64,000 bases of DNA. Source: Candidatus Latescibacterota bacterium (GTDB taxonomy: Bacteria; Latescibacterota; UBA2968). Numbering within the stretch: position 1 is the stretch's first letter; the number at the start of each line of letters is the position of its first letter. The notes beneath the pieces are model-generated. The model made no database searches. It was not told the DNA's origin and saw only the letters and a program-made list of their open reading frames with translations. A program made the translations under genes and the position numbers. The stretch lies in contig OZ241986.1 in assembly GCA_965204375.1 (NCBI GenBank), forward strand, positions 4,384,001 to 4,448,000, read 5' to 3'. Positions 30,406 to 44,034 of the stretch are shown in pieces.

Positions 30406-31095
30406 ATGGCAGCCACATTGTCGCCAACACACCGAGCAATCTCACCTTTTGACAATTATTTTTCTGAGAGTTATAAGAGATTAAAGGATAGTAAAAACGT
30501 CAGGTCTGACCTCACACCTGCTGAGACGTTCATACCGACACTGGAAGTGCCTCAGTTCAAAGAACACAAGACGACCCAAGTTGCTGCGATACTCGCAACT
30601 TATTGTGGCGGTAAAATTGATGTACATAAACTGGTCAAGTTAATTTATCTCATTGATAGAGAGTCTTTGAAACGCCGGGGAAGCCCAATAACTTATGACC
30701 GTCCATATAACATGCCGTTAGGTCCAACACCAGGTAACACATATCGTCTCATTAACAATCCGTGGACAGGGGAATATTGGTCTCAATTTTTTTCTCCTCC
30801 TGAATCCCCACATGTCATTAAGTTACTTAGAGATGATACAGGTGAAGGCAAACTATCTCGATTTGAAGTTGATTTGATACGCGAAGTATTTGAAAAATTT
30901 GGAAAAAAATCATTTGATGAATTACAGAGATTTATGCATTCTTTACCAGAATTTGATGACCCTGGCAGATCGTCTTCTCCAATAGATTGGGATACCTTAC
31001 TCAAAGCTGTGGGATGGTGTGGTGATAATTTAATAGCGATTAAACAAAAACTCAGTGGGAGGGCAATGTTTGAACGCAGGATTGCACATAGCTGA
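30406..31095 (+). CDS. Panacea/SocA-like (DUF4065) antitoxin-domain protein
   Basis: KLVKLIYLIDR...G.PIT.D....MPLGP, LS..E..I and L...H..PE motifs; RBS AAGGAG. Confidence 0.75.
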   Translation: MAATLSPTHRAISPFDNYFSESYKRLKDSKNVRSDLTPAETFIPTLEVPQFKEHKTTQVAAILATYCGGKIDVHKLVKLIYLIDRESLKRRGSPITYDRPYNMPLGPTPGNTYRLINNPWTGEYWSQFFSPPESPHVIKLLRDDTGEGKLSRFEVDLIREVFEKFGKKSFDELQRFMHSLPEFDDPGRSSSPIDWDTLLKAVGWCGDNLIAIKQKLSGRAMFERRIAHS

Positions 31096-31330
31096 GATTA
31101 TTTTTTTAAAAATGCCCAGGAATCTGTCAGGTATTGAGATTCGGGCTATTGTATATAGTCTCGCAAAAAGGGGATGCAAACAATCTTGCATCCCTTTTCT
31201 TTTTTGGAGTTACCCCGTTTTATGTGAGCCTTAAAGATGCGATTTCAAGACCGTGCAAGACCTTGATAAAACAAATCCTGCCATCTATCTCACACATCAA
31301 GGCCATATTGGACTTGATTATGCACACCCC

Positions 31331-32101
31331 TCATTTAAATTGTTCAAAATAGTGGTCCATTTCAGATCTCAATTCTATACCCGCTATCTCAAAGGCATCC
31401 AATAATGCATCATAGCTGCCTTCCCCACCGATAAAATCCCAGAGTTCTTCTGCAATCAAAATTTCATCTTGTAGATCAAGCATTCCTCTTATCGTCCATC
31501 GATTATAAGGCTCTGGTTCGTATGGATTATACGGAATTCCTACCATTGTGTTTACAACAGCATCTGGATTTCGTGCGAGTTCGGCAGCCACCCACTCTAA
31601 AAGTGTTCGTTTATATTCCTTAAAAGAACCAATGTTGGGCTTTACTGTCTTCATATCGATGAGAAATAATTCACCATCATAATTTTCGAGCCAAATATCT
31701 ACCTTAGTCAATTTTACTTCGTTTATGCTGCCCACTCGGCAGACTTTTCTAATTTTTTCGATTTCAACAGATTTATTGGGATCTTCGTTCGCTGTAGTGA
31801 GATCAGTCATGATGGTTTGAATTTGCCTCTGGGCTTCACTACTGATTCTATCAAATGTCCTGACTTGTGTTTTTGCTACCTTAAATTTTTCTTTTGCCAA
31901 GGCAATGGCGACGGGTTCATAAATTGATGTACCAAAAGTTGTATTCAAAGATTGAATAAAAGAAAATAAAGCCATCCTATCTCTGCCGAGCAAGCGATAG
32001 TGAAACGGCATATAGCTCGTTTCGGGATTATAGCTCTGGAATTTATCTCTGATACACTTCTTGAGCATTTCTGCAATCATCACCTTTTGATACGTGTGCA
32101 T
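31331..32101 (-). CDS. Type II restriction endonuclease, TdeIII/MjaII family
   Basis: SF..SL.T.FGTSIYE, VD...IDMKTVKPN, PYNPY and WDFIGG..Y motifs; coupled to an MTase. Confidence 0.8.
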   Translation of the reverse strand: MHTYQKVMIAEMLKKCIRDKFQSYNPETSYMPFHYRLLGRDRMALFSFIQSLNTTFGTSIYEPVAIALAKEKFKVAKTQVRTFDRISSEAQRQIQTIMTDLTTANEDPNKSVEIEKIRKVCRVGSINEVKLTKVDIWLENYDGELFLIDMKTVKPNIGSFKEYKRTLLEWVAAELARNPDAVVNTMVGIPYNPYEPEPYNRWTIRGMLDLQDEILIAEELWDFIGGEGSYDALLDAFEIAGIELRSEMDHYFEQFK

Positions 32102-32105
32102 GTTT

Positions 32106-33686
32106 TTAATCCTCTTTTTCTTTTAGATGAAATATGGTCTCCGAATACGCCGAAGCCCTGTTTTTTTCCGTACGATTCAAGACGGGACGTTTATACTGTT
32201 CGACAATATGCATCCCAACCTTATCTGCGATAGTGGGATACATATTAAATTGGTCATTTGCCACGAGAAACACATCGTAGTCCTTCGCTAAAAACCGCTT
32301 GCAATTGTTTAACACATCCGACACGCCTTGAATATACGATTCTCGCGCCGCTCTTCCTTTCCCCTTAAATAGAGGGCCGATCTCCGCCTCATCGCGTCTT
32401 TGAAACCCGAATAGATCATAGGCATAGGCGTGCTGTTCGTGATAGTTGATCAAACCGACATACGGCGGACTTGAGAAAATCCCCTTTATTCGTTGCGTCT
32501 TCGTGAGTTTTGCGAAATGCGGATTTGCCTGCCTGACCGCAGCGAAAATGTCGATGGTGCGAGAATCCCCTGCCACGCAGTGTTGAAATGTATCTGTTTT
32601 TAATGATCGAAACGCCTCCCATCGCTGTATGCTATCCTCGCAGTATCGCTTCCACCAACCTGAAATGGAAAATAGCGGCTTGCAGATTTTGCCGTGCTTT
32701 CGGCAATAGTACGCGGTGGTCACCGGGGTTTTTAAGGTGCCCAAATCCGCATGGGTTGTTGCCCTGCACGACCGGATAGTTCGACTCAAAATCAGCATCA
32801 GAGCATTTTGAATTGCTTTGTCTTTGACGTCTTGAATCAGACTGTGAACAAGATCGATTTCTGCCCGAATACTCGGCAAATACCATCGTGTTAGGAAGCG
32901 ATCAGTATCGGCTGGTATATGTAAATCAATTTGATAGTCTGCAACAAGTTGGCGATACGCGGGCAAAAAATCGGCTTCGCGCTCGCGGCCATACTGTTTT
33001 TGATCGATTTGACCGGCTCTAGCTGCGTGTTTAAAAGCCAAAGAGAAATGCTTGGCATTGAAGGTAGTGAGTTGTTCCGCGAGTTCCGTTTCAAATGCCG
33101 AGATGTTGGAGCGAGACACAAAATGACTGAGCGCAGTCGCAATTTTTCGGCTTTCATCATATAAGGTGATCAAATGATAATCCGCGACTTTGGCGTTGCT
33201 GATCAAAGCGTTAAAAGTCGAAACATCGGTGCCAATGGCGTGTATGCCAAGTTCGTTGGCTTGAACCAATGTTGTCCCACTCCCACAAAAAGGATCGAGG
33301 ACAATATCACCCGGTTGAAAGTAGATATCTCGCTTAAAGTTGTCCGTATGATTACCTAAGAAATATTCAACCAACTGGGGAATGAATTTTCCTTTATAGG
33401 GATGCAATCGATGCACATGCTTTGTGGTTTCCGCTTCTTTAACGTCTTCAAAGGAAAGGTGCCAATTTAGATCGCTTCCAAGTTTTTCTTTCCAGTGGCT
33501 CTCTCGACGTTTTTGGTGCGAGGCGTAGTACTCAATCAAGCTTTCCTGGGGAATTAACTTGGCACCGTTTTTCATAACGCATTTAACTTGAGCGTACTGT
33601 ATTAAATATGAGATATTAGAAGGTGTAACGTTTTTATTTATGTGCTTCGATGCCCATTCGCTTGCTTGTTTAAGAGTTAAGAGCAT
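32106..33686 (-). CDS. Amino (N4-C/N6-A) DNA methyltransferase with an N-terminal HTH-like region
   Basis: HPYKGKFIPQL, DPFCGSGTT (motif I) and SPPY (motif IV); RBS AAAGGAG before ATG 33686. Confidence 0.9.
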   Translation of the reverse strand: MLLTLKQASEWASKHINKNVTPSNISYLIQYAQVKCVMKNGAKLIPQESLIEYYASHQKRRESHWKEKLGSDLNWHLSFEDVKEAETTKHVHRLHPYKGKFIPQLVEYFLGNHTDNFKRDIYFQPGDIVLDPFCGSGTTLVQANELGIHAIGTDVSTFNALISNAKVADYHLITLYDESRKIATALSHFVSRSNISAFETELAEQLTTFNAKHFSLAFKHAARAGQIDQKQYGREREADFLPAYRQLVADYQIDLHIPADTDRFLTRWYLPSIRAEIDLVHSLIQDVKDKAIQNALMLILSRTIRSCRATTHADLGTLKTPVTTAYYCRKHGKICKPLFSISGWWKRYCEDSIQRWEAFRSLKTDTFQHCVAGDSRTIDIFAAVRQANPHFAKLTKTQRIKGIFSSPPYVGLINYHEQHAYAYDLFGFQRRDEAEIGPLFKGKGRAARESYIQGVSDVLNNCKRFLAKDYDVFLVANDQFNMYPTIADKVGMHIVEQYKRPVLNRTEKNRASAYSETIFHLKEKED

Positions 33687-34162
33687 TTTTCTCCTTTCTA
33701 ATGAATCAATAGTATAAACTGTTTTAGGCGGCAAGAATACCATTACGAGCTATTTCACACATCAAGCCGTATGGACCTGATTTATACACACCCCTCAAAT
33801 ATATAAAAAACCTCCCTTTATCCTTGATAGTAGCAAAGCTACTTATACACGAGTTACTCATGAATAATCACAAGATAGAGGGAGAGGAACAATAGCGTGG
33901 TCAAAATTGCAGTTGCCGAAGTGAAGAACGGCATAGAGTCCTTTTAATTTTACCTCCTCTGCAGGGGTAAATATCTTCTTTCTTCTTTATTGAAAAAGAT
34001 AAAGCAATAATGTTCTAAATTCAAACATTTTTCTTGACGACTCTTGTTTGTCTCTGTCAGGTGTTTGAGATTCGGGCTATTGTATATATCCTCGCAAAAA
34101 AGGGATGCAAACAATCTTGCATCCCCTTATTATTAATGATAAAAAAATTACAACATCAGGAC

Positions 34163-34363
34163 TTAAAATAGATACTGATAAAACCACCGAGAATAGCGAG
34201 CAATAGAGCAAATTGCCAATAAAATAGTCATGCGACTTGCGAGATTACGCATATCCTGTCGATACTCTCTCTGATTCTCGATCATCATCTCTAACATACC
34301 TTCAAGTCGAGATTGACGCCTATCAACATCGTGAACTTGCCCTTCAACTTCCGTCGTAGCCAT
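34163..34363 (-). CDS. Small coiled-coil + hydrophobic-tail hypothetical protein
   Basis: RBS AGGAGA; RQSRLEGMLE coiled coil followed by ILLAICSIA. Confidence 0.45.
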   Translation of the reverse strand: MATTEVEGQVHDVDRRQSRLEGMLEMMIENQREYRQDMRNLASRMTILLAICSIARYSRWFYQYLF

Positions 34364-34589
34364 TTGGTTATCTCCTATTAAAAACACCCATCCGCCTCAC
34401 CCCGCTCTAAACGGAGCCAAATATGTTGTGACAAACAAATATAGCCAAAGGAACACTTGACGACAATCCAAATTTTTATGATGCTTTTTTGTTGTTTTGC
34501 CTGATAGACTGGATTGCGGCTAAAACCCTGCCGCAATGACAATCAAACCTCTGGTTAATAAACAAACTTTTTTTCTAATCATACATCTC

Positions 34590-36575
34590 ATGGCACTCGC
34601 GCAACCCGTAAACAACACCGAACCCTTGCCCAATCGCGACCGCGTAACCGCGCGTTGCGTCCTGCTGGGATTGGGACTCGTCATAAGCGTGAACACCTGG
34701 CCCATCTACGGGCTATATGTCATCCACATCAACCAGATGGTCTTCAGCTACATGGCGATGGCACTCATGATCCCATTTGTAGTGCTATCGCTGGGGCTGA
34801 ACGTACTCTTGCGAAAATTCTGGCCCCGCGCCGCATTTTCTCCCCTCGAAATGGCCGTCGTATTCTCCATGGGATTGGTAGGCGCATTATTCCCCCTCAT
34901 GAATTTCACCGGCCTGATCATGGGGCACCTCGCAACCCCCTATTATTTTGCCTCGGCACAAAATCGGTGGTCCGAATTTCTCCATCCCCACTTGCCGCGC
35001 TGGTTATTCCCCACAGATGACAACGGCGCCATGCGCCTCTTCTTCGAAGGTTTGCCGCCCGGCCATGCAATACCGTGGGAAGTCTGGATCGTCCCCCTAT
35101 TCTGGTGGTTTGCATTTGCAGGCGCAATCATCTGGACCTGCCTGTGTATCGCCGTAATTTTGCGACGACAGTGGGCCGAACACGAAAAACTACCCTTTCC
35201 CGCGGCACAGGTCGCGCTGGAACTCGTACGAGAAGAAAACAAAAAAATATGGCCCCCGCTGGTGGGACGCCCGGCATTCTGGATCGGCATGGCAATTCCA
35301 CTCACCGTAATATGCTGGAATATCTTATCGTATTTCATGCCCGACTTCCCAAAAATACCCATCACGCGAGCGGGCGACGGCGTCACATTCTTGCATATCA
35401 GCCGATACATCCCAGATCGGTACTTTTATATCGGAATACAATTCTTCATCGCGGGATTTGCCTACTGGACCAGCCTGGACGTACTATTCTCAATCTGGTT
35501 TTTTTACTTACTCGTCGTAGCCGAAGTCTATACCTTTAACCGCATCGGATACACCATTGGAACACCCGGCTTGTGGTCCTCAACACACGCGGCCAATGCG
35601 TGGCAGGCATTTGGCGCACTCGCCTGTATGCTGTGCCTGGGATTGTGGATGGGACGCGAACACCTCAAAGGCGTATGGCACGCCATCAGAGGGCGAAAAA
35701 AATTAGACGACGCCGAAGAACTCATGTCCTACCGCACCGCGGGCATAGGTGGCCTGGTCGGATTGTTATTCATCATCGGATGGCTACACACCGCGGACAT
35801 GGCCTGGTATGTGATTATCCCCTTCTTAATCGGTATGGGCATATTGTATGTCGGCATAGCCCGGGTCATAGCCGAAAGCGGACTCGTGTATTTGCGCGGA
35901 TCCATGATGCCCCCAACCTTCGCCCTCTACACCCTCGGCTCGGCGAATATCCCGGCGGCGAGCATGGCAAACTTCGCGTTCTCCTTCGCGTATTTTACAG
36001 ATGCCAAAAGCCTCGCCATGGCCAGCATGGCGCATTGCTCGTGGATCACAGCAGCCATAAAAGGACGCAAACGCATGGTCGCAATTGCCCTCGTATTAGC
36101 CGGCATTGCAGCCGCCATCTCATCAGTCGCATTCACACTGTATCTGGGCTATGAAACAGGCGCGTATAACTTCCGAGCATTTGAATTTCGCACACACCCG
36201 CGGATCTTCGATTACTGGATCCGACAGATGCAAACCTTTAACCCGCCCGACTGGAAGAGAATTGGCTTCTTCGGCTTTGGCGCGGCCGGAATGGCGCTAT
36301 TGACATTCCTGCGGTATCGCGTATCCTGGTGGCCCTTGCACCCGGTCGGATTCGCCATCATGGAAACCCAAGCCGTGCGGGGAACGATCTTCACGATCTT
36401 TCTCGTATGGCTGTGCAAATTGCTCATCCTGCAAATTGGCGGCATCGCCCTATACCGCAAAGGCCAGCCCTTATTTCTCGGTATCCTCGTCGGATTCATC
36501 CTCGGCGTGGCAATCTCGGCAACAGTAGATACCATCTGGTTCCCCGGCAGCGGGCACTCGGTTCACCATTGGTAA
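34590..36575 (+). CDS. DUF6785/DUF6784-type multi-pass membrane protein
   Basis: Paralog of 2339..4324 (YFASAQNRW, LRRQWAEHEKLPFP, WWPLHPVG). Confidence 0.7.
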   Translation: MALAQPVNNTEPLPNRDRVTARCVLLGLGLVISVNTWPIYGLYVIHINQMVFSYMAMALMIPFVVLSLGLNVLLRKFWPRAAFSPLEMAVVFSMGLVGALFPLMNFTGLIMGHLATPYYFASAQNRWSEFLHPHLPRWLFPTDDNGAMRLFFEGLPPGHAIPWEVWIVPLFWWFAFAGAIIWTCLCIAVILRRQWAEHEKLPFPAAQVALELVREENKKIWPPLVGRPAFWIGMAIPLTVICWNILSYFMPDFPKIPITRAGDGVTFLHISRYIPDRYFYIGIQFFIAGFAYWTSLDVLFSIWFFYLLVVAEVYTFNRIGYTIGTPGLWSSTHAANAWQAFGALACMLCLGLWMGREHLKGVWHAIRGRKKLDDAEELMSYRTAGIGGLVGLLFIIGWLHTADMAWYVIIPFLIGMGILYVGIARVIAESGLVYLRGSMMPPTFALYTLGSANIPAASMANFAFSFAYFTDAKSLAMASMAHCSWITAAIKGRKRMVAIALVLAGIAAAISSVAFTLYLGYETGAYNFRAFEFRTHPRIFDYWIRQMQTFNPPDWKRIGFFGFGAAGMALLTFLRYRVSWWPLHPVGFAIMETQAVRGTIFTIFLVWLCKLLILQIGGIALYRKGQPLFLGILVGFILGVAISATVDTIWFPGSGHSVHHW

Positions 36576-36581
36576 AATAAA

Positions 36582-36836
36582 ATGAAAAACCCCAACACTC
36601 ACAAACCCTCATCCCTCGCCCAGGCCTATCGCAGCGTCGGACCTTATTTAACCTTGGGCATTCAATTTATCGTGACAATATTGCTATGTGTATTTGCGGG
36701 ACACTGGGCAGATGGCAAATTTGACACCTCGCCTCTGTTGACTTTAATCGGAGGTCTAATAGGCATTGCCGCGGGATTTTACCACTTCTTTAAAGCCGTC
36801 TTAAAAATGGACCGCAAATCGGAGGAAGACACGTGA
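36582..36836 (+). CDS. AtpZ/AtpI-family protein
   Basis: Two TM segments; G.WAD..F.T.P motif; first gene of the atp operon. Confidence 0.8.
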   Translation: MKNPNTHKPSSLAQAYRSVGPYLTLGIQFIVTILLCVFAGHWADGKFDTSPLLTLIGGLIGIAAGFYHFFKAVLKMDRKSEEDT

Positions 36837-37222
36837 GGTCTTTTGTCAAACAAATTACTGTAGTCTTATTGGCCGCGTGGGTCCTCGGAGGGTACCCGCT
36901 CTACCTGTGGCAAGGAACAAATGTACTCATCGCCGCAGGGGTTGGTTGTGCGATTTGCACCTTGAATGCACTCGCCGGTGCCTATCTCGCACTGTGGGGC
37001 ATGCGCCGGGATAACCGCACATTTATGACCGTCGTATTCGGCGGAATGGGGATTCGCCTAATTATTGTACTCATTTTCTTTTTTGTCGCCTTAAAATTAG
37101 TCAAACTTCACGTTTTTAGCTTGACTCTTTCACTATTTTTATTTTATGTAGTATTTCAGATTTTAGAGATTCGGTTCTTCGTCGGGCGCCCGCCCGACAA
37201 AGCCAATAATTCAGGAGTCTGA
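36833..37222 (+). CDS. ATP synthase protein I-like membrane protein
   Basis: Four TM segments; position immediately before atpB. Confidence 0.7.
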   Translation: MRSFVKQITVVLLAAWVLGGYPLYLWQGTNVLIAAGVGCAICTLNALAGAYLALWGMRRDNRTFMTVVFGGMGIRLIIVLIFFFVALKLVKLHVFSLTLSLFLFYVVFQILEIRFFVGRPPDKANNSGV

Positions 37223-37225
37223 CGG

Positions 37226-38023
37226 ATGGCAGCACAGGCAGAGGAGCAAAGCAGCGGCAGTTTTATCCTCGAGCATATCACAGACCATCACGAGCTTCAC
37301 CTCGGTCCACTCCATATCCCCCTTCCCCATATTGAGCTTTTTGGCGTTGATATGTCCATCACCGGCCACCTGGTCATGATGTGGGTCGCCTCTCTATTAC
37401 TCATTCTCACCCTCATCATTTCCACAAAACGACGCGGACTCATACCCTCGGGCTTTGCCAATGCGATTGAAGCCATCGCCATATTTATCCGCGATGACGT
37501 CGCCGTGCCCAACCTGGGAGAGCGGGACGGGCCGAAATACATGCCGTTTTTAATGACGGTCTTCTTCTTTATCCTCTTCTGCAATCTATTGGGATTAATA
37601 CCCTTTGGACAAACCGCAACCGGCAATATCAATGTCACGGCCACGCTGGCGGGCATCTCGTTTGCAATGATGCTCGGTGCGGGAATCAAACACAACGGCC
37701 TGTTCGGCTTTTTCAAAGGCTTGATCCCCCCCAATTTGCCAATTGCATTGCTGCCGCTCATGATCCCGCTGGAATTTCTGGGCCTCTTGACCAAACCATT
37801 TGCACTGTGCATTCGTCTCTTTGCCAATATGCTGGCCGGTCACGTCGTAATATTGTCTTTGATCGGCATCATTTTTATTCTCGGTTATTTTGTCGCCCCT
37901 ATCTCCATTGCCTTTGCACTGGCAATGTACATGTTGGAAATTTTCATAGGTTTTCTTCAAGCTTATGTATTCACGCTCCTGACCGCCCTGTTTGTGGGCC
38001 TGTGTATTCATCAGGAGCATTGA
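37226..38023 (+). CDS. atpB: F0F1 ATP synthase subunit a
   Basis: NLLGLIP, IRLFANMLAGH and LQAYVF motifs. Confidence 0.97.
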   Translation: MAAQAEEQSSGSFILEHITDHHELHLGPLHIPLPHIELFGVDMSITGHLVMMWVASLLLILTLIISTKRRGLIPSGFANAIEAIAIFIRDDVAVPNLGERDGPKYMPFLMTVFFFILFCNLLGLIPFGQTATGNINVTATLAGISFAMMLGAGIKHNGLFGFFKGLIPPNLPIALLPLMIPLEFLGLLTKPFALCIRLFANMLAGHVVILSLIGIIFILGYFVAPISIAFALAMYMLEIFIGFLQAYVFTLLTALFVGLCIHQEH

Positions 38024-38287
<264 letters not shown>

Positions 38288-38325
38288 ACCGCGCGAACCA
38301 AACGCGGTGAAAGAGAGACATAACA

Positions 38326-38820
38326 ATGGATTTGTTGAGTCCAAACCCCGGCTTGATCATCTGGACGCTCGTCACATTTGTGCTCGTGTTGCTCGTCTTG
38401 AAGAAATTTGTTTGGGGACCGTTATTATCGGCACTCGACCAGCGAGAAACGCGCATCCGCGAAGCACTCGAGCAAGCCGATAAAGCGCGTGCCGAAGCTG
38501 AAAGGTCCGCCGAAGAGAACAAGCAGGCACTCGCACAGGCGCAGGCAGAAGCTCAGGCTGCAATTAACAAAGCGCGCGAAGACGCCGAGCAAATTGCCCG
38601 AGACGTGCAAGCACGCGCCGAAGCCGACGCCCAACAGCTTCTCGAACAGGCGCGTCGCACCATACAACAAGAGCGCAATCAGGCTCTCCAGACATTGCGT
38701 CAGCAAACAGCCGAACTGGCGATTCTCGCTGCCGGACAATTGCTGGAGGAAAATTTGGACGACGAGCACAACAAAAAAATCGTAGATGATTTCATCAACC
38801 GCATGCCAGAACATTCCTGA
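38326..38820 (+). CDS. atpF: F0F1 ATP synthase subunit b
   Basis: N-terminal TM segment, KF.WGP....LD.R motif, coiled coil. Confidence 0.95.
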   Translation: MDLLSPNPGLIIWTLVTFVLVLLVLKKFVWGPLLSALDQRETRIREALEQADKARAEAERSAEENKQALAQAQAEAQAAINKAREDAEQIARDVQARAEADAQQLLEQARRTIQQERNQALQTLRQQTAELAILAAGQLLEENLDDEHNKKIVDDFINRMPEHS

Positions 38821-38935
38821 GTTCGGAAGGGGCAGGTTTCGAGCGGGGTACAACTGCGATAGCAGTTCAACCTGCCCGTACAAAACAAGCGTTCAGCTAA
38901 TAGCTAATTGCTGGTAGCTAACAAAGGATTTCCCA

Positions 38936-39475
38936 GTGAGCCAATCCGCCGTTTCCATCCGATATACCAGCGCACTGATCGACGCCGCGCAAGACAGCGG
39001 AGTACTGGATCGGGTTGAAGCCGATGTACAGGCATTATTGGACCTATTGCACGCCTCGGAAGACCTGCGGGGATTTGTCGCAGACCCGATGATGCGATCT
39101 GAACAAAAACGCGCGGTATTGAACAATTTGCTCGCCGGAAAAATCGAGGACGTGACCCTCAGATTTTTGCTCTTACTGTGCGATAATCGCCGCGAACGCG
39201 TATTGCCCGAATTGTTATCGGACTTCCTATCCGTATTGGAAGACCGCCGCGGTCAGGCCACGGCGCAGGTGACGGTTGCTGCCCCCCTGTCCTCTGAACA
39301 GGAAACGCAATTGATCGCAAAACTCTCGACCTATTCTGGCAAGCAGGTGAGATTGGAAACCACAATAGACGAACAATTAAAAGCCGGGTTTGTGGTGCGG
39401 CTCGGTGACCGTGTATTTGATGGCACACTGGCGACGCAACTCAATCGGTTGCGACAGCGCCTCGTGTCTGATTAA
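38936..39475 (+). CDS. atpH: F0F1 ATP synthase subunit delta
   Basis: RY..AL, NRR and GF.V..GD.V.DGT motifs. Confidence 0.95.
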   Translation: MSQSAVSIRYTSALIDAAQDSGVLDRVEADVQALLDLLHASEDLRGFVADPMMRSEQKRAVLNNLLAGKIEDVTLRFLLLLCDNRRERVLPELLSDFLSVLEDRRGQATAQVTVAAPLSSEQETQLIAKLSTYSGKQVRLETTIDEQLKAGFVVRLGDRVFDGTLATQLNRLRQRLVSD

Positions 39476-39492
39476 AAGAAGGCAGGCAAAAC

Positions 39493-41010
39493 ATGGCGAC
39501 GAATTTGCAGATTCGCCCCGATGAAATTTCGGCACTGCTCAAACAGCAGATCCTGGACTCCAGGATTGACATAGACGTCTATGAAAGCGGCACCGTACAG
39601 CAGGTGGGCGATGGCGTGGCCCGCGTGCAGGGGCTGGGCAATGTGCAGACCAGTGAACTGGTCGAATTTCCCAACGGCATTATGGGGATGGCACTCAACC
39701 TCGAAGAAGACAACGTGGGCTGTGTGCTATTTGGCGATGACACACTAATCCGCGAAGGTGACGAGGCCAAACGCACCGGACGCATTGCCGAAGTGCCCGT
39801 GGGCGAAGCCCTCCTCGGTCGCGTGGTAAACCCACTCGGCATGCCAATAGACGGCAAAGGCCCAATCAACCCCGAAGCGACACTCCCCATTGAACGCAAG
39901 GCACCCGGCGTCATCGAGCGACAGCCCGTAACCGAAGCCCTGATGACCGGATTAAAAGTAATCGACTCAACCGTGCCAATCGGACGGGGACAGCGCGAAC
40001 TGATCATCGGCGACCGGCAAACGGGCAAGACGGCGATTGGCGTCGATACCATCATCAACCAGAAAAACAGCGATGTAAAGTGCATCTATGTCGCCATCGG
40101 GCAGAAAGCCTCTACAGTGGCCAAAGTCGTGGCCGAACTGGAGGCCAATGGCGCAATGGAATACACCATTGTCGTATCGGCCACAGCCAGTGAACCCGCC
40201 CCGCTTCAATTCCTATCGCCTTATTCGGGCTGCTCAATGGGCGAGTATTTCCGCGACAAGGGCGAACACGCGCTGATTATTTACGACGACTTGTCCAAAC
40301 AGGCGTGGGCTTACCGCGAAATGTCCCTGGTATTGCGCCGCCCGCCGGGGCGCGAAGCCTATCCCGGCGACGTATTTTATTTGCACTCGCGCCTGCTCGA
40401 ACGCGCCGCCAAAATGAGTGACGAACAGGGCGCGGGTTCTCTCACCGCATTGCCCGTCATTGAAATTCTGGAAGGCGATGTCTCCACCTTTGTGCCCACC
40501 AATGTGATATCGATCACCGATGGGCAGATCTTGCTCAAACCCGAATTGTTCTACGCGGGTATCCGCCCTGCCATGGACGTGGGCGCGTCCGTATCGCGCG
40601 TGGGCAGTTCAGCACAGACAAGCGCGATGAAAGCCGTTGCCAGAACCATCAAAGCCGACATCTCGCGCTACAACGAAGTCAAAGCTTTTGCGATGTTCGG
40701 CACAGAAGGCCTGGATGCCTCAACTCAAAATTTGCTGAACCACGGCGAAAAACTAATCGAAATCCTCAAGCAAGATCAGTATTCTCCGATGTCGCTGGAA
40801 GAACTCACCGTGGCACTCTTTGCCGCCAATCTGGCCGACGATCTGCCCACTCAAGACGTGCGGCGCTTCGAGCGAGAATTGCTGGCGCACATAGGCCACA
40901 GTGAGTTGATGGAAGAAATCCGCGAAAGCGAAGACTTGAGCGACGAAAATGCCGAAAAGCTCACAGAAATAATTGAAAACTTCAAACGCGGCTTCCGCGT
41001 TTCGGTATAA
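39493..41010 (+). CDS. atpA: F0F1 ATP synthase subunit alpha
   Basis: GDRQTGKT and [22 protein letters not shown] motifs. Confidence 0.98.
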   Translation: MATNLQIRPDEISALLKQQILDSRIDIDVYESGTVQQVGDGVARVQGLGNVQTSELVEFPNGIMGMALNLEEDNVGCVLFGDDTLIREGDEAKRTGRIAEVPVGEALLGRVVNPLGMPIDGKGPINPEATLPIERKAPGVIERQPVTEALMTGLKVIDSTVPIGRGQRELIIGDRQTGKTAIGVDTIINQKNSDVKCIYVAIGQKASTVAKVVAELEANGAMEYTIVVSATASEPAPLQFLSPYSGCSMGEYFRDKGEHALIIYDDLSKQAWAYREMSLVLRRPPGREAYPGDVFYLHSRLLERAAKMSDEQGAGSLTALPVIEILEGDVSTFVPTNVISITDGQILLKPELFYAGIRPAMDVGASVSRVGSSAQTSAMKAVARTIKADISRYNEVKAFAMFGTEGLDASTQNLLNHGEKLIEILKQDQYSPMSLEELTVALFAANLADDLPTQDVRRFERELLAHIGHSELMEEIRESEDLSDENAEKLTEIIENFKRGFRVSV

Positions 41011-41028
41011 GAGAACAAAGGACCAGAT

Positions 41029-43265
<2,237 letters not shown>

Positions 43266-43270
43266 CAAAA

Positions 43271-43675
43271 ATGGCCACTTTTCAATTAGACATCGTAACA
43301 CCCGAAAAAACCGTGTACTCTGGCGAAATTGAGCATTTTCAAGCGCCGGGCGTTGACGGCAGCTTTGGCGTATTAGCACGCCACCAGCCCCTGCTGGCCG
43401 CACTCGGCATTGGTCGGGTCGGCTTCCGAGAAGCAGACGGCACCGAGCGCACCCTCGCCATCAGCGGTGGCTTCGCCAATGTATCGGGTGACGGTGCAAC
43501 AATCCTCGCAGAAGCCGCCGAATTTGGCGACGAGATCGACATAGAACGCGCCCGCGCCGCACGAGACCGCGCACAAGAGCGATTGGACAACCGCACGCCA
43601 GACGTAGATGTAGAACGCGCACAAGCTGCACTGGGACGGGCATTTATGCGCCTGCGCGTGTCAGGTGTGGAATAG
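43271..43675 (+). CDS. atpC: F0F1 ATP synthase subunit epsilon
   Basis: IVTPE, G.FGVL..H.P and ID.ERA motifs. Confidence 0.95.
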   Translation: MATFQLDIVTPEKTVYSGEIEHFQAPGVDGSFGVLARHQPLLAALGIGRVGFREADGTERTLAISGGFANVSGDGATILAEAAEFGDEIDIERARAARDRAQERLDNRTPDVDVERAQAALGRAFMRLRVSGVE

Positions 43676-43691
43676 CGGTTTTAAAAATAGG

Positions 43692-43729
43692 AATGAGAAA
43701 GCACGCTCTGTTTAGAGCGTGCTTTTTTT
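43692..43729 (+). terminator. atp operon intrinsic terminator (repeated at 46169-46206)
   Basis: AAAGCACGCTCT-gttt-AGAGCGTGCTTTTTTT. Confidence 0.85.
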
Positions 43730-43770
43730 ATCTGAACAAGAGACGATCAAATTCCGATCACAGCAGATAA

Positions 43771-44019
43771 ATCTCCATAAAACCCGATCTCTATAACTTC
43801 AAAGATCGGATTGGTAAGCAGTATCACGGTCAAACAGCTACAGTCACAGCGCAGTGGAAGTATGACATCGTGGGGCATGCCACGCGGTTGAGTAGTCCTT
43901 ATAAAAATCGCTCACCAGGCTCACTTACCCTGCAAATGTCACATGTAGGAGACAGTTGGTTGGTGAGCGACTTTCGCGGTTTGGTCAATGGGTTGAAAAC
44001 CGATGTGACAAGCCGCTAA
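43771..44019 (+). pseudogene. Probable 5'-truncated gene remnant
   Basis: 82 open codons with no start near the 5' end (…TATVTAQWKYD…LTLQMSHVGDSWLVSDF…); stops just before the RBS of the next gene. Confidence 0.4.
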
Positions 44020-44034
44020 ATAGCGGAGGTTGCC

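Noticed and set aside
31285-33797. Repeat B as integron attC sites
   Set aside because: No RYYYAAC/GTTRRRY core ends recognised and no integron integrase in the window; kept only as unexplained direct repeats.
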